Below the pieces are notes generated by a model. That model searched no databases, was not told where the DNA came from, and saw nothing but the letters and a program-made list of their open reading frames with translations. Shown piece by piece: positions 1 through 6,601 of a stretch of 51,342 nt of DNA. Numbering within the stretch: position 1 is the stretch's first letter; each line of letters begins with the position of its first letter. Origin of the DNA: a virus (lineage: Duplodnaviria > Caudoviricetes). The position numbers were made by a program, and so were the translations under genes. The stretch lies in IMG/VR virus record IMGVR_UViG_3300037467_000112, positions 1-51,342 of that record; one strand, given 5' to 3'.

Positions 1-127
1 ACAATAAAAGAAGGGAAGACAAAATGTCTTAACGTCTTGAATAGTAAACAGCGAGACTAACTAACTGTGAAATGGTAACAGTTAAAGTTGTGCAACGCTA
101 ACTGCGTTAGCTACCAAGAGAGTAACC
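1..127. repeat. Terminal direct repeat, copy 1 (identical to 51216-51342); probably a circular-assembly overlap
   Basis: Exact 127-nt identity with the last 127 nt; 127 is a common assembler k-mer length. Confidence 0.95.
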
Positions 128-144
128 CTCTTCGTAATACTCTT

Positions 145-173
145 ATTATAACATATTTTATAGTAAAAGTAAA
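145..173 (-). promoter_or_regulatory. Putative sigma70-type promoter reading across the junction into the structural arm
   Basis: Minus strand reads TTTACT-17 nt-TATAAT with a TG extension (ATGTTATAAT); points toward the first structural gene (51117) on the circular map. Confidence 0.6.
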
Positions 174-583
174 TAGCTGGAAGACAGTAATTGAGAATAA
201 ACACATAAAAATATGGTATAGCCGCCAAAGAGTCCAGCAGTGAGGCCAGTCGCAAGACCCAGCCCGTTATTCCAGAATTTCTTGGAGAAAATTTTTGATG
301 ATAGAGTGCAATGATACGGCACCCCCGGCCCCCCGGCGTGGCCACTCATGTTTGTTCCGGGTGCGTTCTCCTCGCGTTCACGGTGCGTTCGCCTGTAACA
401 GTTCCAGTCACAGTTCCAGTTCGCTGTCCTTCAGTATTCCCACAGCAACAAACATCCGCTTTACTGTATTCATCAGCATCATCCAGCTTGATCGCCCCCA
501 CATATATGGTAGTCTCAACTTGTCACCAAAGAAGTGTGACAGCAACGGCCCAGTCTAATGGGCTTGAACAGGAGCAGACAGAC

Positions 584-811
584 ATGAGCGTCACCGTCGA
601 ACAAGCAATCGAATACGTCCGCAAGATGATGAGCACTGATGACTACGGTACCGTCGGTGAATTGGTGCTGACTCACAACAGCAACCGTGAGTACGAGAAA
701 GGTAAGCTGATGCGTACGATCAGGATGGAGGACGATACCGGAGTGCTCGGATATTGGGATGTGTGGATGGAAGACCTCGGCGATGGTCCGTTCGTCTACG
801 GTGAATGGTAA
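584..811 (+). CDS. Early hypothetical protein (75 aa)
   Basis: ATG 584 follows AGGAG; the ORF-track start at 311 has no RBS. Confidence 0.7.
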   Translation: MSVTVEQAIEYVRKMMSTDDYGTVGELVLTHNSNREYEKGKLMRTIRMEDDTGVLGYWDVWMEDLGDGPFVYGEW

Positions 812-842
812 AGCCTCTCACGTCTGACTGAAAGGAAGACAC

Positions 843-923
843 ATGGTCACGCTCTTTGAACAGTACGCCAAGATCAAGCAACTTCAACGCAAGGTGAAGC
901 AACAGCAACAGAAGAACAAGTGA
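843..923 (+). CDS. Small early peptide (26 aa, MVTLFEQYAKIKQLQRKVKQQQQKNK)
   Basis: AAAGGAAG RBS upstream; stop lies just before hammerhead 1. Confidence 0.45.
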   Translation: MVTLFEQYAKIKQLQRKVKQQQQKNK

Positions 924-933
924 ACATCGCTAG

Positions 934-996
934 TGTCGAAAGCGTCGTGAGACGCTCTGATGTAGCTGGCTACTGCATCACTGATGAGACAAGCCA
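934..996 (+). ncRNA. Type II hammerhead ribozyme 1 (predicted cleavage after C957)
   Basis: Stem II TGTC/GACA; GAAA 938-941; stem III GCGTC-GTGA-GACGC; UC 956-957; stem I TGATGTAG/CTGCATCA; CTGATGA 981-987; loop TGGCT can pair with 3' AGCCA 992-996. Confidence 0.92.
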
Positions 997-1014
997 AGAT
1001 GAGGCCTGACTACC

Positions 1015-1293
1015 ATGACTAAGAAACAACTGATGCGTGAAGTGAAGCGCATCCTGTCTCAGATCAACTACCGCATCGACCACAGTGTTGAGTACAATGA
1101 ATACAGGTGCGCTCCGACTGATGTGAACAAGGAGACTGCTGAACGCATTGCGTACTACACGGATGATCTTCGAGACTGTGCCGCAACTGCGATCATGAAC
1201 AGGAAGCACGAAAGCAATGTGAACAATGATCCGACCGAGTACGGCCGCCTTCATGAACTGTATCTGGAGTTGAACAACTACTTCCAAGACTAA
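1015..1293 (+). CDS. Early hypothetical protein (92 aa) flanked by the two hammerheads
   Basis: ORF with GAGG RBS; no recognised family. Confidence 0.75.
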   Translation: MTKKQLMREVKRILSQINYRIDHSVEYNEYRCAPTDVNKETAERIAYYTDDLRDCAATAIMNRKHESNVNNDPTEYGRLHELYLELNNYFQD

Positions 1294-1303
1294 ACATCAC
1301 TAG

Positions 1304-1387
1304 TGTCGAAAGCGTTGGAGTGTGGTTGTTACTGCACTCCTTCGCTCGGTTGACTGTTGGCTACAGCAACCCTGATGAGACAAGCCA
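1304..1387 (+). ncRNA. Type II hammerhead ribozyme 2 (predicted cleavage after C1347)
   Basis: Stem II TGTC/GACA; GAAA 1308-1311; extended stem III GCG..GGAGTGTGGT/ACTGCACTCC..CGC; UC 1346-1347; stem I GGTTG(A)CTGT/ACAG-CAACC; CTGATGA 1372-1378; loop TGGCT with 3' AGCCA. Confidence 0.92.
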
Positions 1388-1401
1388 CATGGAGACTAGT
1401 C

Positions 1402-1653
1402 ATGGCTAAGGGTTATTCTGTCTGCACCAATGAAGATGGGTACATGGTGGAGCACATTCACTGTGAGTACATCAGCGAGTCAGCAACGGCAGCGCATCAC
1501 ATCAGCGCTCGCCTGAACAAGCCGGTATTCGTGATCAACCTGTACTGTGGAAAGTGGGTTGTTGACGTATTCATCCGCGGTGAATGCGTACTGTCGGGTA
1601 AGTTCCACAGTCAAGAGGACGCTATGTACTGGTGTCTGTCGGTCACTCACTGA
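1402..1653 (+). CDS. Early hypothetical protein (83 aa)
   Basis: ATG 1402 follows GGAG; the ORF-track start at 1357 lies inside hammerhead 2. Confidence 0.7.
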   Translation: MAKGYSVCTNEDGYMVEHIHCEYISESATAAHHISARLNKPVFVINLYCGKWVVDVFIRGECVLSGKFHSQEDAMYWCLSVTH

Positions 1654-1740
1654 ACATCGTTAGAACACAGCACAGTAACGCAAGCATCTTGTATCTCTAT
1701 CATCAATCGAGCCCACATGGCGCAGCAAAGGAATACAGCA

Positions 1741-2010
1741 ATGCACGATAATCAATTCATGATCCTGGTGAAGTACAGGCGAGACATTACTCGTCCGGGT
1801 AAGGCGAGCAAAAGGTTTCGAGTTATACGGACAGGTCTACTCAAGGACAAAGCAATCGACATTATTTGTCAGCATGTGTATCGGTCTGCTGATTACGGTA
1901 TTCTTCCGTCTGACTGGCCTGTCCGTGACTGGAGAGTAGTGTTGGATATTGGTAGAACGTACAAGACAGTGTGGTCTTGGACGCATGGTGACTGGCCTGA
2001 ACAGGACTAA
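1741..2010 (+). CDS. Early hypothetical protein
   Basis: ORF; ATG 1741 follows AAGGA (1717 is an alternative start). Confidence 0.6.
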   Translation: MHDNQFMILVKYRRDITRPGKASKRFRVIRTGLLKDKAIDIICQHVYRSADYGILPSDWPVRDWRVVLDIGRTYKTVWSWTHGDWPEQD

Positions 2011-2027
2011 TCGAAGGAGAGACAACC

Positions 2028-2180
2028 ATGCTTAAGTTGAATGATCCCACAGTAATCTTGCTTGGTCTTTGGGTGCTTGGTTTTGGCGGTGCTTACGTCA
2101 AGACAACCTTGGACAAGCTGCAACAAGCCAAAGACGATGCAGCCCGTTACCGTACAGCGTACAAATTGGTTCGTCGTTAA
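2028..2180 (+). CDS. Small membrane-anchored protein (50 aa)
   Basis: AAGGAG RBS; hydrophobic VILLGLWVLGFGGAYV followed by a helical tail; not in the ORF track. Confidence 0.65.
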   Translation: MLKLNDPTVILLGLWVLGFGGAYVKTTLDKLQQAKDDAARYRTAYKLVRR

Positions 2181-2233
2181 ACCGTGCTTGCACTCAAGCA
2201 CACTAGCAACTCAAGTCGAAAGAACTGAGACTA

Positions 2234-2446
2234 ATGCAAATGAACCTGATCTTTGACAGCAAAGCCTGTCCGTCCGTGGTTGTTGACTACTACGATATAC
2301 CCGAATGGCTTAACTTGGGCTATCGTACATGGAATGTATTCGTCTGTACCGGATACGACAACTTACCTTGGATCGGTACACTTGAGCGCATTCAACATGA
2401 GACAGGATGCTTGACGCTTCTGTCTTTGCTCTATGGGGAGAAGTAA
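2234..2446 (+). CDS. Early hypothetical protein (70 aa)
   Basis: ORF tightly packed with its neighbours. Confidence 0.55.
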   Translation: MQMNLIFDSKACPSVVVDYYDIPEWLNLGYRTWNVFVCTGYDNLPWIGTLERIQHETGCLTLLSLLYGEK

Positions 2447-2448
2447 TC

Positions 2449-2574
2449 ATGTTTGGATTTGGCAACATCACCTATGACGACACAGTTGATCCTGACTTCG
2501 ACGACTTCACGGACATGAGTGAAGAAGATTTGTTGTTGTTTAAGGAACTCGAAGCTGAACTAGAGGAGAAGTAA
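2449..2574 (+). CDS. Very acidic small protein (41 aa)
   Basis: GGAG RBS; MFGFGNITYDDTVDPDFDDFTDMSEEDLLLFKELEAELEEK. Confidence 0.6.
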   Translation: MFGFGNITYDDTVDPDFDDFTDMSEEDLLLFKELEAELEEK

Positions 2575-2576
2575 TC

Positions 2577-2831
2577 ATGTCTAAGGACTGGAAATACCGA
2601 GTGCTCTATGTAGTACCGGCCGAGTACAACTGCCGTATTCACATACATGAGCGAAGGTTTCATGACTGGTATAAGTGTTTTGATTACGCATTTGACATAC
2701 TGAACTTCGGTAAAGCGTCAGTATGTATTCAGGAACGTGTGTCCCGTGGTCATTGGTGGAATAGATTCGCCAGTAAACCGGACAGTCATGGTGACGGTTG
2801 GGTGCATCCCGATACTGATGTAATACAGTAA
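2577..2831 (+). CDS. Early hypothetical protein (84 aa)
   Basis: GAGGAG RBS and ORF. Confidence 0.7.
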   Translation: MSKDWKYRVLYVVPAEYNCRIHIHERRFHDWYKCFDYAFDILNFGKASVCIQERVSRGHWWNRFASKPDSHGDGWVHPDTDVIQ

Positions 2832-2835
2832 CACG

Positions 2836-2877
2836 CTAGTTGAGGGGTAGTACAGATACAGTATTGCCCCTCACTAG
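2836..2877 (+). terminator. Long hairpin after the first early gene block (terminator or processing site)
   Basis: CTAGTTGAGGGGTAGTAC-AGATACA-GTATTGCCCCTCACTAG; no clear U-tract. Confidence 0.45.
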
Positions 2878-3009
2878 TCTGCCTTGCATCTCTATCATCA
2901 TTCACACGGCACGGGGCGGAGCACGGTAAGGTGTTGAAAAGGCACAGCTATTTGACTCCTGTGCTGCCTGCACACACGCGCGCGCGTTCCGATTCCCGCG
3001 CAATCAGGG

Positions 3010-3145
3010 TTTATCGTTATTCGATAAAGGTTTATCGTTAAACAATATCAAGTAACACCGTTGTTACACAAGGCACCCCTGATTTATCGTTTTTCGATAA
3101 GGGTTCGTCGTTTGTCGATAAAAGTCGATCACGCTTTCGTGATAA
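3010..3145. repeat. Array of TTATCG-N5-CGATAA palindromes (operator- or iteron-like)
   Basis: Copies at 3010-3028, 3084-3100 and 3104-3122 (imperfect), a half-site at 3031-3037, plus GTAACA-CCGT-TGTTAC and ATCACG-CTTT-CGTGAT. Confidence 0.7.
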
Positions 3146-3261
3146 CAAGCCTGTATCTTTCCTCGGCGGGGTATGAGCATATGGTCGGTGTCGGCGGCGG
3201 AAACGTCCCGGCCGCGCCGCGAGGGTCCTCCGGCGTGACTTCACATACCGGGAGGCGTGTC

Positions 3262-3720
3262 ATGGCCGCGAGGCTTGGCAAGCGCGAACGGGCGGCTCGC
3301 AAAGCGCTTCTCGATGAACGTCGGGCGTGCGTTGCGGCGAACCTGAACGCGCCTCAACCGGAACCGCAACGGGTTGCCGTCCGCACTAAGTCGGGCGCAC
3401 TCACGGTCATTCGTGATCGGTCGGGTTCCAGTCAATCAACCGAGCGTCTCGGCTCCTGCTACGGGTTGTTCAGCGATCCGCGCGGGAACGTGATTAACGG
3501 CCGCACTGTGAACGGCAAGATTGTGCGTGGTAAGGTTGTCAGAAATGACGGCCCGTCCAAGCCGATGCGGTTCCTGTGCGTCGATGCGGACGGCAATTCG
3601 TGGGGCGGTTTCGACCGTCTCAAGGATGCGACGGACGCCTGTACGCGACTGTCCGCCCGGCTCAAGCGGCCTATTCGGCTGCAAGAGAACCCTCTTGCCC
3701 TCGCTCGGGTGAAAGGGTAA
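3262..3720 (+). CDS. Highly basic protein (152 aa) with an N-terminal Arg-rich motif
   Basis: GGAGG RBS before ATG 3262; MAARLGKRERAARKALLDERR; stop codon abuts structured RNA 1. Confidence 0.75.
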   Translation: MAARLGKRERAARKALLDERRACVAANLNAPQPEPQRVAVRTKSGALTVIRDRSGSSQSTERLGSCYGLFSDPRGNVINGRTVNGKIVRGKVVRNDGPSKPMRFLCVDADGNSWGGFDRLKDATDACTRLSARLKRPIRLQENPLALARVKG

Positions 3721-4255
3721 GCTACCTCACAACTGGCGCGGGGCCTCACGGTCCTACGCCGCGTGTACGCTGCACGATAACTAAGCGAAGGTTAAAGGTG
3801 GAACCGCGCGTGCGGTGGATGCCCCTAGCTCACTTGTGGGTGTGGGGCTGAAGCTGCGCCGGACCGTGCTGCAATGCACCCTCTAGGTTCGTAAACCCTT
3901 GCCAGTGTTGCGCTTTCGCGCACATTGGTTCTCGCGCTCGCGCATGGTAAGGCTGCACACGCCAGACGTGTCTCCTTGCTTGCCCGTTCGTGTCTGCTGC
4001 TCCGCCGGTCTAGCACCCGGCGTGGGATGCACACAGGCACGCTCGGAACCGGTCGCACGTACGCTAAGGGACCCGCCCTCGAACTCTGGAGGGCGGGGAT
4101 ACCACGATGAATGCCGCACATGGCGCTATGCTGTGTGCGGTGTTTGTCGTTAGCGTTAGGGGCACACGTTGCGAGCGTGGCTTGGAACGGCTGTAAAGGC
4201 TTAACCATTGTTTCGTGTGCTCCTTACCCTAGCGACAAGCGTTGTGCTAGGTGGC
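3721..4255 (+). ncRNA. Large structured non-coding/leader RNA 1 (about 535 nt), family unknown
   Basis: The two ends pair (GCTACCT-CACAAC 3721-3733 with GTTGTG-CT-AGGTGGC 4241-4255) and enclose many G-U-containing helices; no credible ORF inside. Confidence 0.7.
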
Positions 4256-4275
4256 CAAACAAAGGAGACACCTAC

Positions 4276-4947
4276 ATGGCCGAACTGCCCAAACTGCTTC
4301 CCGCGAAGCAGATCTCCGCTCGCAACGTCACCATCGGCGAGACGGCGGACAACCTCGACAAGCTGGTGTTCGAGAACGCCATCCAATGCGCCCTCCACGC
4401 GCAGCAGCACGGTGACGTCACGCTCATGGCAGACCTGCTGAACCGCGTCGGCGGCACGAAGCGCAAGGGCTTCAACGCCGAAGGCTTCATCAAGTGGGTG
4501 TACGATCACACGCCCATCCGCGACGGCGGCAAGGACGCGAAGGGCAACCGGGCGCTCGGCTTGCTCAAGCGCGGCATCAACAAGGACTTCCCCGCGAAGC
4601 CGGACGAGCCGGACTCGGTGGCGTGGAAGATCGAGGAAATGATCGCCACGCCGTACTGGAACTACGCCCCGTCGGCGCCTCCGCGTGCTCGCCCGCCCCT
4701 GTCGGCGGACGAAATCCAGAACAACATCATCAAGTTCGCGGACCGGATCGAGACGGCCGTGAAGCAGGACAAGTTCGAGGGCGGCGAAGGCGAGGCGCGC
4801 AAGGCCATGACGGCGCTCGCCGCCGCGGTCAAGGCGTACAACGAGGCGATGCGGACCATGCAGGAAGCGCCCGACACGGCGCACCTGCGCGATCCCCGCC
4901 GCGAGGAGCACCCGTCCTTCAACCAACCCGTCGCCGGCACCGCCTGA
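4276..4947 (+). CDS. Phage protein (223 aa), probably highly expressed
   Basis: AAAGGAG RBS; very strong G/C-ending codon bias; HAQQHGDVTL segment reminiscent of conserved podovirus early proteins. Confidence 0.85.
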   Translation: MAELPKLLPAKQISARNVTIGETADNLDKLVFENAIQCALHAQQHGDVTLMADLLNRVGGTKRKGFNAEGFIKWVYDHTPIRDGGKDAKGNRALGLLKRGINKDFPAKPDEPDSVAWKIEEMIATPYWNYAPSAPPRARPPLSADEIQNNIIKFADRIETAVKQDKFEGGEGEARKAMTALAAAVKAYNEAMRTMQEAPDTAHLRDPRREEHPSFNQPVAGTA

Positions 4948-4998
4948 TCCAACTCCGCCTCCCAAGGGCAGAGAGTAGTGAGTAAGCACAAAGCGTAA

Positions 4999-5029
4999 GC
5001 CCCCGGTGCAACCGTGCCGGGGGTTTTCC
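4999..5029 (+). terminator. Rho-independent terminator
   Basis: GCCCCCGGTGC-AACC-GTGCCGGGGGT followed by TTT. Confidence 0.7.
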
Positions 5030-5057
5030 TGTGTGCTTAGCGGAAAGGGTACACGCT

Positions 5058-5303
5058 ATGTCTCAATTCAATGTGGCCCCGAGCTTGACGCCGGGGCTGT
5101 ATGTCGTTGTTCGCAACAATGGCGAGACGACGTACATGTCGCTGTTCGGGTTCGGCACTGGCCGCAGGGCCAAGTGGGTGACGAACAAGGAAAGCGCGTC
5201 ACACTTCCGTGAGGCTGAGGCCGTGCGGTGGTGCGACAGCCTGAACCTTTCGTTAAGGCGTGGGCAGGGGGATAGGCATCTCTATCATCAGCCCAATGCC
5301 TGA
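5058..5303 (+). CDS. Hypothetical protein (81 aa)
   Basis: ATG follows AAAGGG. Confidence 0.65.
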   Translation: MSQFNVAPSLTPGLYVVVRNNGETTYMSLFGFGTGRRAKWVTNKESASHFREAEAVRWCDSLNLSLRRGQGDRHLYHQPNA

Positions 5304-5496
5304 CAACGCGAAGGGCTACGTCATTAAGGCGGGACCGCGGTATGCGGTTCTGCAAGGGCGTGAAGTGCATCACTACACGTCTGACTGTCACGCCGCTACT
5401 CGGTTCAGCAAGAGCCGGGACGCGATGGACGTTATCTCCGAGCTTCCCCCGTCTGCTGTGAAGCATTACGTGGTGTTGTATCGGTCTTGCCTCTGA
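5296..5496 (+). CDS. Hypothetical protein (66 aa)
   Basis: ATG overlaps the end of the upstream gene. Confidence 0.55.
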   Translation: MPDNAKGYVIKAGPRYAVLQGREVHHYTSDCHAATRFSKSRDAMDVISELPPSAVKHYVVLYRSCL

Positions 5497-5500
5497 GTGC

Positions 5501-5876
5501 TACCGCACTTGGGGAATAGTGCGTTTGTTGAGTTGCGTACACTGGCCGAAGTGGCTGGTGGGTGCAGGTCGGGGGGACACAACCCCATACCAAAACGGTG
5601 TGGGGCCGACCTGAGTAAGCGGTAAGGGAGCGCCCCCGCGTCTTCCGAACCCGTCGGCAGAAAACTGCTCATTCTTTTTCAAGCCGGGTGCAACCTTTTT
5701 TACAACGTTGTTTGTAGTGAGTACACATGCGTGCCTCTTGGTGCATATCGAGAGGAAAGCTCGCTCCGTGTGTGTACTCTCTACAGCCAACGTGGCTGTG
5801 CGGTACGTAAGCCGTTGATCTTACGTCGTCTGACGGGGGTTGGACGTTAAACAACCAACTCCAACGAGGGTTGGCT
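5501..5876 (+). ncRNA. Structured non-coding/leader RNA 2 containing a c-di-AMP (ydaO)-riboswitch-like core
   Basis: TACCGCAC 5501-5508 pairs with GTGCGGTA 5798-5805; long helix 5705-5731/5767-5793; blocks GGGGGGAC, TGGGGCCGAC, GGTAAGGG and CCGAACCCGTCGGC occur in ydaO order. Confidence 0.6.
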
Positions 5877-5894
5877 AAACAAAGGATTATCCCT

Positions 5895-6053
5895 ATGAAC
5901 GCTGTGCGTTGGTCCGTTCGTGACCGTGTTACCGGTGAAGTCCTGAACCTCGCCGGTCCCGACCGCAAAGACAAGAAGGCGCAGGCTCGTTTCATGGACG
6001 GGCTGCGTGTGCGGTCGAAGCTGGGCTCCCGTGGCGGGTGCCTGCACGCCTAA
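5895..6053 (+). CDS. Small basic protein (52 aa) downstream of RNA 2
   Basis: AAAGGA RBS before ATG 5895. Confidence 0.7.
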   Translation: MNAVRWSVRDRVTGEVLNLAGPDRKDKKAQARFMDGLRVRSKLGSRGGCLHA

Positions 6054-6089
6054 TCGGCGGTGCTCTAAACCAGCCATAATCCAAAACCA

Positions 6090-6461
6090 ATGTCGAAAGA
6101 CAAAGCTACTTATACCCCGCGTGTCGGGGACATCGTGACTGTGCGTGCAACGATACAGCTCGACGGGCTGACCCCTATGGGGAACGTCCGAGGTGGTATT
6201 GACCGATCCAATGGTAAGGGCGGGGTGTACGCCAACGAACAGGTGTACTTCGATCCGTCGGCCATCGTGTCCGTCGAAGAGCGGCCGATCCAAGTCGGTG
6301 ACGTGTTCGCGCATGGTACTAGCCGGTGTACGATTGTCTCCGTCTTCGAGGCTGAGGGCAGGACTTATACAGCGTACATCTCAAGCTGTGTACTCTATCC
6401 CGTTGTCTGCCATGCTGAGAATTGGCCCAAATGGGGCTACAAACGGGAGCAACGCCCTTGA
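6090..6461 (+). CDS. Hypothetical protein, 'PIxVGD' paralog 1
   Basis: Two VGD modules (PRVGDIV, PIQVGDVF) that look like KOW/SH3-type beta repeats. Confidence 0.75.
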   Translation: MSKDKATYTPRVGDIVTVRATIQLDGLTPMGNVRGGIDRSNGKGGVYANEQVYFDPSAIVSVEERPIQVGDVFAHGTSRCTIVSVFEAEGRTYTAYISSCVLYPVVCHAENWPKWGYKREQRP

Positions 6462-6601
6462 GCGGCGCTTGGGAAGCTGGCTACGACGCCCGTGAATGGG
6501 GGGCGAGTCGCCACATCAACCCTTACTCGCGAGGTACGCAGGAGCATCGAGACTGGTTGGACGGCTGGATTGCCGCTGACCGACACATCAGGGGGGTTTG
6601 A
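6458..6601 (+). CDS. Ribosome modulation factor (Rmf/CrpP-fold)-like small protein (47 aa)
   Basis: TTG start after GGGAG; AWEAGYDA..G....NPY......WLDGW matches the Rmf GY.A..G..PY..W..GW pattern; not in the ORF track. Confidence 0.6.
   Translation: MSGAWEAGYDAREWGASRHINPYSRGTQEHRDWLDGWIAADRHIRGV

Noticed and set aside
1-127. 127-bp repeat as the biological terminal repeat
   Set aside because: The length equals a common assembler k-mer and the repeat separates the leftward promoter from its genes; more likely a circular overlap
1651-1716. Third AACATCGTTAG leader as a possible third hammerhead
   Set aside because: No GAAA or CTGATGA core follows; at most a remnant of the junction repeat
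4050-4066. GTCGCACGTACG resembling the 3' half of group II intron domain V
   Set aside because: No adjacent 5' half forming the domain V hairpin, no domain VI, no interrupted gene and no reverse transcriptase
3061-4275. ORF-track N-terminal extensions (3061 and 4111 starts) and small ORFs within 3721-4255
   Set aside because: Strong RBSs sit at 3262 and 4276; the extensions run through palindromes or structured RNA and lack the codon bias
5750-5768. GAGGAAAG resembling the RNase P RNA P4 region
   Set aside because: The following GTCC and the other RNase P conserved regions are missing, and the segment is part of a local hairpin
5501-5876. tRNA, tmRNA or cobalamin riboswitch (considered because of nrdJ)
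   Set aside because: No cloverleaf or T-arm with a CCA end, and no B12-box could be built
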